Shown piece after piece: positions 25,443 through 34,168 of a stretch of 64,000 nt of DNA. Source of the stretch: Candidatus Omnitrophota bacterium. GTDB taxonomy: Bacteria; Omnitrophota; Gorgyraeia; Gorgyraeales; Gorgyraeaceae. How positions within the stretch are numbered: position 1 is the first letter of the stretch; every line of letters starts with the position of its first letter. The notes beneath the pieces are model-generated. The model had not been told where the DNA came from. It saw only the letters and a list, made by a program, of their open reading frames with translations, and did no database searches. A program made the position numbers and the translations under genes. The stretch spans positions 22,038 to 86,037 of the forward strand of contig JBDRBM010000050.1 of the NCBI GenBank assembly GCA_043822665.1, in the 5' to 3' direction.

Positions 25443-26444
25443 TCAGGTTAACGATCGGCAGGAATTGCGCTCTATGAGTTCAACCGGCAGGACTATCTTC
25501 TTACAGCCCTTGCTCTTGCCGGTTAATATGTTATGCAATGTTTCTGTAGCTACCATGGCCATTTTATGGAGCGGTTGTCTCATAGTAGTAATAGGAATGG
25601 GAGAAAAACTCAAAGCCAAGGGATTATCATCAAAACCCATTACAGACATATCTCCGGGTACACTGACTCCGGCTTCCAGGCAGACCTGTATAACACCAAC
25701 AGCCATTTCATCGCTTGCCGCGAATATGGCCGTGGGAGGTTTTTTTAATTTTATAAGCTCTTTTGTCGCTTTTATAGCTGAAGCTCTACCAAAATCTCCA
25801 TAACTGATATAGCTGCCTTTTTTTTCTATACTGTTTTTCTCCAAGGCCTTAATATAACCGTCCAACCTGTCTATGGCTACCTGAGATTTCAGTTCCCCTG
25901 TGATAGTAGCGATCATGGAATGACCCTGTTTTATAAGATACTCTGTGGCCTTAAAGCCTGCGTTAAAATTGTCTACGGCCACGCAGGATACAGGCAGATC
26001 TTTTGTCAGATAATTCATAATAACGCACGGCACTTTTCTCTCCAGTATATTATCCACCTGCTCCTCGTTACCTATAATATCAGAAAAAATGACCCCTCCT
26101 ACCGCTGACAGATTCAGGAAACTTTCGCCATTAGTAATATGCAGTAAGAGGTCCAGATTTAGTCTTTCGACAGCCAAACCCACGCCCTGCAGGACCTGCA
26201 GCGCGTAGAAAGAATGGAATATGTCAGTATATCTCGGTATAATCAGGCCTATGGCGTTATTGTATTTTGACGCCAGGCGCTGCGCGCTGACATTAGGATT
26301 GAACTTCAGATTTTTTACAGCGGCTTCGACCTTTATCTTATTCGATCTTTTTACGGTAGACAGTTTATTCATGACTCTTGAAACAGTTGCTATTGAAACT
26401 CCGGCTTCCCTGGCAACGTCTTTTATATTTACTATTTTATTCAT
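25443..26444 (-). CDS. LacI-family transcriptional regulator.
   Basis: N-terminal HTH (IKDVAREAGVSIATVSRVMN) followed by a periplasmic-binding-protein-like domain. Confidence 0.85.
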   Translation of the reverse strand: MNKIVNIKDVAREAGVSIATVSRVMNKLSTVKRSNKIKVEAAVKNLKFNPNVSAQRLASKYNNAIGLIIPRYTDIFHSFYALQVLQGVGLAVERLNLDLLLHITNGESFLNLSAVGGVIFSDIIGNEEQVDNILERKVPCVIMNYLTKDLPVSCVAVDNFNAGFKATEYLIKQGHSMIATITGELKSQVAIDRLDGYIKALEKNSIEKKGSYISYGDFGRASAIKATKELIKLKKPPTAIFAASDEMAVGVIQVCLEAGVSVPGDMSVMGFDDNPLALSFSPIPITTMRQPLHKMAMVATETLHNILTGKSKGCKKIVLPVELIERNSCRSLT

Positions 26445-26590
26445 TTTTGCATTCTCCTTATATTCCTACAATTAAGCGTCATCCCTCGACTTTGCCCCTC
26501 GACAAGCTCGGGACTTTGCCCGGGACAGGTAAGATGGCGCAGTCACCGCCTTGTGTTACCAATCCTGCGGTTCTTTGAACTTCCACGCAA

Positions 26591-28099
26591 TCATTGTAAT
26601 CTCTCGCCTTTCTGGCTTAGGATACTCGCTGTCACAAAAATTAAAAGATTCTTTCTCTGGACATTGTCTGAATCTTTTCTAAACAACCCTCCCAATAAAG
26701 GTATATCTCCCAGAAACGGCACCTTGGTCCGCGTATTTGTCCTTGTCTCCTTAACCAGGCCGCCAAGGACAATAGTATCGCCGTTTTTCACAACTATATT
26801 AGTATTCAAATTCCTTGTGGTAAACTTCGGTAATTTTACTTCTCCGCTAAAAGTAAAGGCATCAGGGGTTGCCTCGCTCACCTCTGGATTTAATGTCAAT
26901 GTTATGGTCTCTTTATCAGCGCCCACGCTGGGCGTCACTTTAAGTATAATGCCTATATCCCTTGTTTCAAACCCCTGCGGCACATTTACGAACCTTGTCT
27001 CCCTCACGCCGTCAACCACGTCAAGAAAAGTCCCGTTGTTATTCAGGTCCTGTTTTATCAGGGTCGGCTCATATCTGGATGGATATACAAATTCGTCAGC
27101 TATCTCTATTGTAGCAGTCTGATTATTCAAGGTTGTAATCTTCGGGGCTGAAAGCGTCTTGAGTTTTGTCTTTCTCTGAAGGGCATGCAGCACTGCTGAA
27201 AACTGGGGTTTTGTAAGCATACCCTGATATGTAAGGTTAAGCCCTTCATTGGGCGCGCCAGTAAAGGCCGAAAAACTTGAGCCTGTACCGCCTGATAATT
27301 GCGTCACTGCCGCACCATCATCCTTAAAAAACACCAACGGAGTATCCAGTGTTAGATTAACGCCCAATTCGCTCAGGTCTGTCACATCTACCTCTATGAA
27401 TCTCGTCTCTATGAGGATCTGGGCCGCGTCTACATCAAGGTTATAAAGAATCTTTTCTACAACCTTTAAATTAGACGGCGTGTTCGTCACTATCAGGGCG
27501 CCTGTGCGTTCATCTAAATTTATCTTGGAGTCACTCGGCCATGCCACAGCATTCTCAAGCACGTCCTTAATTGTATTTACCTTTGATATGCTGGCTACAC
27601 CGCCGAGTCCACTGCTTATGTCACCGGAAACACTCTGATCGAATTCAGTAAACATGGCCAGGCCCTGATTCAAATAATAGATCCTGGTCTCTGGCGTCTC
27701 TTCTTCCATTGCGTCAAATGTATCCACCCACACAGCATTCTTCTCAACCCTATAGGCCAGCCCTTCATTCCTGAAAATATACTTCAAAAGGCCCTCGAGC
27801 TGCATATCTTTCACGCGTATGGTCACTTTTTTTTCATCCGGTTTAACGCTATTGCCTAAAATGATGTTCACGCCTGTCGCGTCCGAGAGAAAATCAATAA
27901 CATAGCCAAGGCTTACGTCCCTGAAATCCACGGTTATGAGAGTCTCGAGCTTCTTTCTTATCTCGGGCACCAGGACCACAGAAAACTTATCTACATCAGA
28001 ACCGTCTCTAAGTGACCTTACTTCATAAGCGTATACAGACACTATACCGGCAAAAAAGACAGCTAATAAAAATACTGTAAAGACGCGCCTTTTTATCAT
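26591..28099 (-). CDS. Secretin (PilQ/GspD family), short form.
   Basis: Signal peptide. C-terminal secretin domain with …NGDTIVLGGLVKETRTNTRTKVPFLGDIPLLGGLFR…. Confidence 0.8.
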   Translation of the reverse strand: MIKRRVFTVFLLAVFFAGIVSVYAYEVRSLRDGSDVDKFSVVLVPEIRKKLETLITVDFRDVSLGYVIDFLSDATGVNIILGNSVKPDEKKVTIRVKDMQLEGLLKYIFRNEGLAYRVEKNAVWVDTFDAMEEETPETRIYYLNQGLAMFTEFDQSVSGDISSGLGGVASISKVNTIKDVLENAVAWPSDSKINLDERTGALIVTNTPSNLKVVEKILYNLDVDAAQILIETRFIEVDVTDLSELGVNLTLDTPLVFFKDDGAAVTQLSGGTGSSFSAFTGAPNEGLNLTYQGMLTKPQFSAVLHALQRKTKLKTLSAPKITTLNNQTATIEIADEFVYPSRYEPTLIKQDLNNNGTFLDVVDGVRETRFVNVPQGFETRDIGIILKVTPSVGADKETITLTLNPEVSEATPDAFTFSGEVKLPKFTTRNLNTNIVVKNGDTIVLGGLVKETRTNTRTKVPFLGDIPLLGGLFRKDSDNVQRKNLLIFVTASILSQKGERLQ

Positions 28100-30723
28100 T
28101 GTTCCCGCCCTACCTGGTCAGCTTGCGGCGAAACCGGTACGCTTGCCATTATATTGTCCTCTTTATTTAGAACAGTGGCTGTAACAAATATTAAAAGATT
28201 CCTGCGCTCTTTGCTGTCTATGCTTTTCCTGAATAACCCGCCTACAAACGGCAGATCCCCCAGCAATGGAACCTTTGTCTTTATATTGGTATCTGTCTCT
28301 TTTATAAGCCCTCCCAGCATCACTGTCTCTCCGCTCTCAACTATAACACTCGTCGAGAGATTTCTTGTCTTGAATTGCGGTATTGAAACATCTCCTGAAT
28401 AGGAAAAAGAACCTGAATCCTCGCTTACTTCCGGAGTCAATGCCAGGGTGATAGTCTTATTGTCCGCGCCAACGCTCGGTTTAACATGTAATAAGATGCC
28501 TACGTCTCTGGTTACGAAATCCTGTGGTATATTAGCCCATTCTGTCTCACCCGCGTCATCAAAATCTCCATCTCCGTTTATATCGAATTGCACAAGACTA
28601 ACCTCATACCTTGTAGGATAGATATATTCGTCTATAACTTCTATTGTCGCTCTCTGATTATTTAACGTTGTTATCCTCGGCGCGGACAAAGTCTTCACAT
28701 TCTGCTTTTCATTTAGGGCATGCATCACGGCCTGAAACTGCGGGTGGCTCAGGATCCCCTGGTATGTAAGATTAAAGCCTTCGTCTGATCTTGTAAAATC
28801 TGAAAAATCCACTCCGCCTCCGGAAGAAAATCCATGTATATTCTGTTTTGAGTTAGTCTGTTTAACCCCCCAATCACTATTGAGCTTCCATTCTATGCCA
28901 AGTTCATCCGTATCAGTAACCTTTACCTCTAAAAACCTGGCCTCGACCAATACCTGCACAGGCGTAACATCCAATGTATAAAGAAGATTCTCTATTGTTT
29001 CGAGGTTTGAAGGTATATTGCTTATTATCAGGGCTCCTGTGCGTTCATCCAGCGTCAATTTAGAGTCCTTTGGCCAATCCACGGCATTCTCGAGGATATC
29101 TTTAACCGTCTTCACCTCCGTAGAGGATGCGCTGGAGTCTTTACCGCCAGAAGAAACATTAAAGTCAGTAAACCTGCCTATGCCCTGGTTCAAAAAATAT
29201 ACCCTGGTATCTATGCTTTCATTTTTCAGCTCTTCTTTGGTCGCGACCCATACCGCGTCCTCTTCTATCCTGTAAACAAGATCTTGGGCTTTCAATATAT
29301 ACCTCAGGGCATCCTCAAGCGGCATATCTTTTATCTTCATGGTCACCTTTTTTTCAGACATCTCTATCTCACTTGAAGGCACTATATTTACGCCTGTGGC
29401 ATCTGATAAAAAAGAAAGCACATAATCAAGCTCCACATCTTTAAAATCCACGCTTATGGGTATCCCGAGCCTCTGCCTCACCTCAGGCACTTTCACGATG
29501 GGGGTTATCTTCTTCTTGTTTTCCAGAGTCCCTGTCTTTATCTCAGGAAGTAAATGTTTCTTCGCTACTTCCAGAAGCATCTTTTCTTCTGTGATTTCCC
29601 TGGCTCTACCCAATGCCTTTTCTTCAAGATGTATTTTCTGCAATTCTATATAATGCCCTATATCTTTAAATCTCTCGTTTTCAGGGAATTCTTCCATGGC
29701 CTGCGTCAGTGTTTTCTCCGCATCCTCAAAGTTATTGTCTCTTACCTGCTGGCGTATGGTATTCATCAACCCGTCTAATTTAGCTATCTTCTCCCTTATT
29801 ATCCGATCTTTAAGCCTTGCCTCGAAAATCTTCCTAAGTCTCGTTTTCTGCCTGTCCATCTTCTCTTTCTGCTTTAGCCTTAACTCTTCTTTAAGCGCCA
29901 GGCGTTTCTTTTCCTGTTCTAATTCCATATTAGCCTCCCTGGCCGCCTCCATCCTGACCAATAATTCCTTTTCTTCGTTTTCTTTTATCTGGGCCTGGGC
30001 CCTTTCTATAAAAGAATCTGACTGGCTGGCTAGTCTATTTTCCCGATCCAATTCCTTGACTCTTTTAAATTCCACTATGGCAGCCGGGTAATTTTGTTCG
30101 TTATAATATCCAAGGGCCCTCTCGTATGTGGACCGTACCTTTTTTTCCAGCTCAAGCGCCTTTTTTTTCTCAGTTTCTTCGGCAGAGCTTCTTTTTAACT
30201 CCTCTTCGCGTTTAATGCGCTTTTCTTCCTCTTCGCTGGCCTTTCTTACATTCTTCTCTGCCTCCTGCTGAACAACCTTTTCCGCTTCGCTTATAACATC
30301 GTTTTTCATCCTGGCCCATTTTCTATCCTCCAGAACAAGTCTCTCGCTGAGCCTGTCCTTTGATTTCTCAATATAGATCTCGGCAAAAGGCGTGAAATAT
30401 GATTCGTTCTGGGATTTTTCTATAGCCATCAGGTTTTCAAACACAGCAATAGCTTCTTCATATTTACCGCTTTCAAAAAGAGACATGGCTTTTTCAAAAT
30501 ATTTGCGAAGATCGACCCTTGAATACATCGCGGCCCTATTATTGTAAGCCGACGGCGAAGCCAAGGCAAAGGCCTGACTAAAAAATATGGACGAAAATAC
30601 GCCCACTAGCATAAAAACGCTTATTTTACATAATAATTTATGGTATGGAATTTCAAAAAGCAAAATTCCAACCACTGAAAATCTCAGAAAGTTATCGCCG
30701 AAAGCGATTTTCTTGTTTTTCAT
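28096..30723 (-). CDS. Secretin (PilQ/GspD family) with ~400-aa N-terminal TPR/Glu-Lys-rich coiled-coil extension.
   Basis: C-terminal secretin domain (…SGETVMLGGLIKETDTNIKTKVPLLGDLPFVGGLFR…). The N-terminal half is TPR-like followed by an E/K/R-rich low-complexity helix. Confidence 0.8.
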   Translation of the reverse strand: MKNKKIAFGDNFLRFSVVGILLFEIPYHKLLCKISVFMLVGVFSSIFFSQAFALASPSAYNNRAAMYSRVDLRKYFEKAMSLFESGKYEEAIAVFENLMAIEKSQNESYFTPFAEIYIEKSKDRLSERLVLEDRKWARMKNDVISEAEKVVQQEAEKNVRKASEEEEKRIKREEELKRSSAEETEKKKALELEKKVRSTYERALGYYNEQNYPAAIVEFKRVKELDRENRLASQSDSFIERAQAQIKENEEKELLVRMEAAREANMELEQEKKRLALKEELRLKQKEKMDRQKTRLRKIFEARLKDRIIREKIAKLDGLMNTIRQQVRDNNFEDAEKTLTQAMEEFPENERFKDIGHYIELQKIHLEEKALGRAREITEEKMLLEVAKKHLLPEIKTGTLENKKKITPIVKVPEVRQRLGIPISVDFKDVELDYVLSFLSDATGVNIVPSSEIEMSEKKVTMKIKDMPLEDALRYILKAQDLVYRIEEDAVWVATKEELKNESIDTRVYFLNQGIGRFTDFNVSSGGKDSSASSTEVKTVKDILENAVDWPKDSKLTLDERTGALIISNIPSNLETIENLLYTLDVTPVQVLVEARFLEVKVTDTDELGIEWKLNSDWGVKQTNSKQNIHGFSSGGGVDFSDFTRSDEGFNLTYQGILSHPQFQAVMHALNEKQNVKTLSAPRITTLNNQRATIEVIDEYIYPTRYEVSLVQFDINGDGDFDDAGETEWANIPQDFVTRDVGILLHVKPSVGADNKTITLALTPEVSEDSGSFSYSGDVSIPQFKTRNLSTSVIVESGETVMLGGLIKETDTNIKTKVPLLGDLPFVGGLFRKSIDSKERRNLLIFVTATVLNKEDNIMASVPVSPQADQVGREQ

Positions 30724-31286
30724 TTACCTTTAGACTCCGGCCCTTCATCTTTAGCGCTGCTTTTCTCTTTATCCTCTCTTTTGACAGCGCTCAATATTAC
30801 TTCTTCGCCGCCTTTCTTCTTCAGGACAACACTGCTCTCGTCTATGCTGGATACAAGAAAATCTCCAACCATGTCACCTTCCTGGACAAAGGAGCTTTTG
30901 CCTGTATTCTGATCCTCTATAATCACCATGACCTTTGCGCCCATCATCACCCTGCCTTTATATTTAAGTACGGCCTTTTTAGGGAGCTCTTTAACAGGTA
31001 TAGGTTCGGCCTTTTTAATCTTTTCTTCAGGCTTTATCCTGAAAAACAGGCTTCTGTCCAGGAGACTTTTATAGTTTTCGATATCTTCAGCAACTTTCAT
31101 CTTTACAAAATCCCATTTATCTCTTTCTTCTTTTATCTTGACCTTTGACCTCTTAGAAACCAGCTCTATATCTTGTTTCAACTCTTCTACCGCTGCCTTT
31201 TTATTGCCCTGCGAGGTAAGGCCAAGTATCAAAATAGCGGCAAAGATTGCTGCAAGAAGCCAAAATATTATCTTTTCTTTAATCAT
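30720..31286 (-). CDS. PilP-like pilot/periplasmic protein (putative).
   Basis: Signal-anchor followed by a charged linker and a C-terminal beta-sandwich-like segment (…KGRVMMGAKVMVIIEDQNTGKSSFVQEGDMVGDFLVSSIDESSVVL…). Lies between the PilO-like and secretin genes. Confidence 0.4.
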   Translation of the reverse strand: MIKEKIIFWLLAAIFAAILILGLTSQGNKKAAVEELKQDIELVSKRSKVKIKEERDKWDFVKMKVAEDIENYKSLLDRSLFFRIKPEEKIKKAEPIPVKELPKKAVLKYKGRVMMGAKVMVIIEDQNTGKSSFVQEGDMVGDFLVSSIDESSVVLKKKGGEEVILSAVKREDKEKSSAKDEGPESKGK

Positions 31287-32046
31287 TATCCTTGGCCCTC
31301 GTTATCTTAAACGTGCTCAATACAAGACTGGCTTCTATCTGATCAACACCTGTTTCGCTGCTTCTGATGTGTACTTCTTTCACTGAAACAGGCGGGCTGG
31401 CATTTTTTAGCCCCACCAGAAGCCCTATAAAGGCCTCGGTACCGGTCTTTATAGATATCTGCACAGGTAATTCTGTATAAAACACCTTTTTGCTTAAGGG
31501 TTCTATATAATCTATTGCCTTGAGCGGTTTTATAGCCGAAAATTCTACGCTATTGTTTTTTAATAGAGTGTCAACTGCCAGCTCAACTATCTCAAGCTGT
31601 CTCAATAAAGAGTCTACCATATTTTCTTTTGGAAGCCCGTCTCCGAATCCAAGATTTTGAGGAATCTTGATGTCTCTGGAGGATGCCTCTTCTGAGAACT
31701 TCTTTATACAACCGTGGAGCCTTTCTATGAAATACAGGCCTGCCTCGCTATTTGTCTCAGAAATGCGTGTCTTCTGCGGGTCAATAAAATCCTCGAGCTC
31801 TTCTAATTTCGACTTCATGCCAGTTTCTTCTTTCTTGAGTTTCTCAAAACCTTCTCTTGAAGGAAGGGTGCCTGTGCGGGCAATATACTTTTTCATCTCT
31901 AAGGTCTTGCGTTCAAGTTCTTCATCCAATATTGAACTGCCTTCTTTTAAAAATGGGCTCAGGACAAAAAAGTAGAGCCCCGCTGCAACCGCAAGCGTCA
32001 GTATGCCCTGTTTAAAAATAGTCTTTTCTCTGGCTGTTTTGAACAT
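31279..32046 (-). CDS. PilO/GspM-like inner-membrane assembly protein (putative).
   Basis: Single N-terminal TM, coiled-coil, then a periplasmic domain. Lies between the PilMN and PilP-like genes. Confidence 0.4.
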   Translation of the reverse strand: MFKTAREKTIFKQGILTLAVAAGLYFFVLSPFLKEGSSILDEELERKTLEMKKYIARTGTLPSREGFEKLKKEETGMKSKLEELEDFIDPQKTRISETNSEAGLYFIERLHGCIKKFSEEASSRDIKIPQNLGFGDGLPKENMVDSLLRQLEIVELAVDTLLKNNSVEFSAIKPLKAIDYIEPLSKKVFYTELPVQISIKTGTEAFIGLLVGLKNASPPVSVKEVHIRSSETGVDQIEASLVLSTFKITRAKDND

Positions 32047-32048
32047 GA

Positions 32049-33572
32049 TTAACTCTCTCCAGTCACAACATCCATAGTAATGCTGAATTTCACTATCTCT
32101 TCACCGGTCTTCTCGTCCGTATCTATGGAAGAAGATATGGGTTTGACTTCTCTAAGCCGGGACGAGGACTTCAGGCTCGAGACAAAATTATTAACAGCCT
32201 GGTACGACAATGCCTTCCCTCCTAAATCTAATCTGCCAAGTCCACTCTGTTCCAGCGACATAATCCCAGAGACATCTGTAATCCAGACATCTTTAGGTAA
32301 TATATCCGAAATGGCCTTAAACACAGAGAGCCAAATAGCCCTTGAGCCTTGGGTCTGGTATAAGATATCTGTTTTTGCCTTTAAAATATCTTCCCTATCC
32401 TGCAGTTGTTTTATCTTTGGCTCGTATGTATTATACAGATCCAGCATCTTGTCGATCTCGTCAAGCTTCACCCTTTTTACAGCATAATCCTGTCTCATAA
32501 AAACAGAAAAACTTATCACTACCAGCGCGGCCATTATAATGGAAAGTCTGGTATACAGGTTCTTCTGCCTTGATATACGGGATACAGAAAGTATCTCTTT
32601 AAGAAAATTTATCTCTATCTTAAGAGATGTAAGGCCGCGCAGCGCCAAGCCAACTGCTATCGAAAACTGGCTCTTGATTCCTTTTTCCTGCAGGCTCGCA
32701 AAGACCTCTTTGGAGACCCGAAGTTTTCTGAACGGGTCAAATGTCTTTGGTTTTACATTGAGTCTTTCGGCTATGCGGGATTCAAGCCCGTCTATAGCGC
32801 TGCCCCCGCCTGTCAGGATTAATTCGTCGAGCTTTTTCTCTCCCTTAAGCTCTTCTCCTTCCTGCATGAAATAATATTCTATGGAACGCTCTATCTCTCC
32901 GGCAAGTTCATCTATGCCCTGGTCTTTTGCCTCTTCAATGCGCTCGGCCGCTATAGGAAAACTCCTTACCCAGATATTGCCTTTTTTAAATATAACAAGG
33001 TTTGTGGCCTTTGTGCCTATATCCAGGATAATACCCAGGCCTTCTTCCTTGTAATCCTCATTAAATACCATACAGTTATACAGGCTAAGGGGGGATACAT
33101 CGATAACTCTAGTGGATAACTTTATGCTGTTTAATTTAGAGGTCATTTCATCTACCAGATTCTTTTTTATGGCGGCGATAACCGCCTTCTTTGTGGCCTT
33201 TGAGCCTGTATCAAGTAAACACCAGTCCCATGCGACCTCGTTCATGGAAAAAGGTATCTGGTTCTGCGCCTCGAACCTCATGGTCTGCCTTAACTTATCT
33301 TCTTTGGCCTGAAGGAGCTTTACAAACCTGATAAAGACAGATTGGCCAGCGGCGCAAATATTAACACTGCGGCCTTTTATATTATTCTCTGATAATAACT
33401 GCGATATCAATTGAAATGTTATTTTGTCCCTGTCCAGCTTCACGTCTTTAGGGATCTCCTTTATGCCAAATTTATTTAATATAATATTATCCCCTGACCT
33501 CTTCAGTTCTACGAGCTTTATAAAATGACTGCCTATATCCAGCCCTATAGAGCTTTTACTGAACTTTCGCAT
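32049..33572 (-). CDS. PilM (actin-like ATPase fold) - PilN fusion protein.
   Basis: N-terminal IGLDIGSHFIKLVEL (PilM/FtsA-like) through ~aa 330. A TM helix follows (LSIIMAALVVISFSVF) and then a PilN-like periplasmic domain. Confidence 0.65.
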   Translation of the reverse strand: MRKFSKSSIGLDIGSHFIKLVELKRSGDNIILNKFGIKEIPKDVKLDRDKITFQLISQLLSENNIKGRSVNICAAGQSVFIRFVKLLQAKEDKLRQTMRFEAQNQIPFSMNEVAWDWCLLDTGSKATKKAVIAAIKKNLVDEMTSKLNSIKLSTRVIDVSPLSLYNCMVFNEDYKEEGLGIILDIGTKATNLVIFKKGNIWVRSFPIAAERIEEAKDQGIDELAGEIERSIEYYFMQEGEELKGEKKLDELILTGGGSAIDGLESRIAERLNVKPKTFDPFRKLRVSKEVFASLQEKGIKSQFSIAVGLALRGLTSLKIEINFLKEILSVSRISRQKNLYTRLSIIMAALVVISFSVFMRQDYAVKRVKLDEIDKMLDLYNTYEPKIKQLQDREDILKAKTDILYQTQGSRAIWLSVFKAISDILPKDVWITDVSGIMSLEQSGLGRLDLGGKALSYQAVNNFVSSLKSSSRLREVKPISSSIDTDEKTGEEIVKFSITMDVVTGES

Positions 33573-33791
33573 CTACCGTGTCCTTCCCATTATCGCCTTA
33601 AGTCTTTTTATCTCGTCTTCTGTGTACTCGCGCCATCCATTCAGGGCATTACGTCCTGGTTTCGGGAATACCTTTTTATTTTCATATCTTATCAAAGTCT
33701 GTTTGGATATACCCAGAAACTGAGCAGTCTGTTCAGCTGAATAATATTTTACCTTTTTCATAAAAAGCACCTCGTTCATTAATGACTCCAT
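33573..33791 (-). CDS. Small MerR/excisionase-type HTH DNA-binding protein.
   Basis: 72 aa. Contains …YSAEQTAQFLGISKQTLIRYENKKVFP…, a MerR-like HTH. Confidence 0.55.
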   Translation of the reverse strand: MESLMNEVLFMKKVKYYSAEQTAQFLGISKQTLIRYENKKVFPKPGRNALNGWREYTEDEIKRLKAIMGRTR

Positions 33792-34103
33792 TTCAAGTTA
33801 ACTCGCTTCGCTCGTAACTTGTCCAAAGGGGCTTCGCCCCTATGGCGCTCCGCAATGCTCCTATTCGTCGCATTTCTCCGCTGTTACCCCTTGAGGGGGT
33901 GCCTACACCCCCTCAAACTCCTCCAGCAGTATTTAGGAAAGTATTTTATACTTTCCTAAATACTGTAAAAATAATTTACCTAGAACAAAAAACCCCTGAT
34001 AGGGGGTGATATAACTATATACTACCTGATAGTATTTGTCAAGGAAAGGCATTGGCTCATAGCTCATAGATCATAGCTCATCATATTGAAAACAAAAGAG
34101 TTA

Positions 34104-34146
34104 CAAAAAAATAGGGGGTTAGAATTTTCTTATCTAACCCCCCTAT
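34104..34146 (-). terminator. Rho-independent terminator downstream of the 607-aa gene.
   Basis: The ~11-bp GC-rich stem TAGGGGGTTAG / CTAACCCCCTA has a ~11-nt loop. On the minus strand it is followed by a T-run. Confidence 0.6.
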
Positions 34147-34168
34147 GACCTATGAGCTATGAGCTATT

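Noticed and set aside
26553-27122. A 189-aa plus-strand ORF, together with many other 60-180-aa ORFs antisense to long genes (e.g. 353-688, 4687-4902, 7527-7775, 23516-24064, 29696-30091, 54492-55346, 57373-57753).
   Set aside because: They lie entirely inside, and antisense to, well-supported long CDSs with clear family signatures. Their translations are low-complexity with no motifs. They are treated as shadow ORFs.
33573-33791. The small MerR/excisionase-like HTH gene as a marker of a prophage or integrative element.
   Set aside because: No integrase, recombinase, att-like direct repeats or phage structural genes are in the vicinity. It is more likely a local regulator of the pilus genes.
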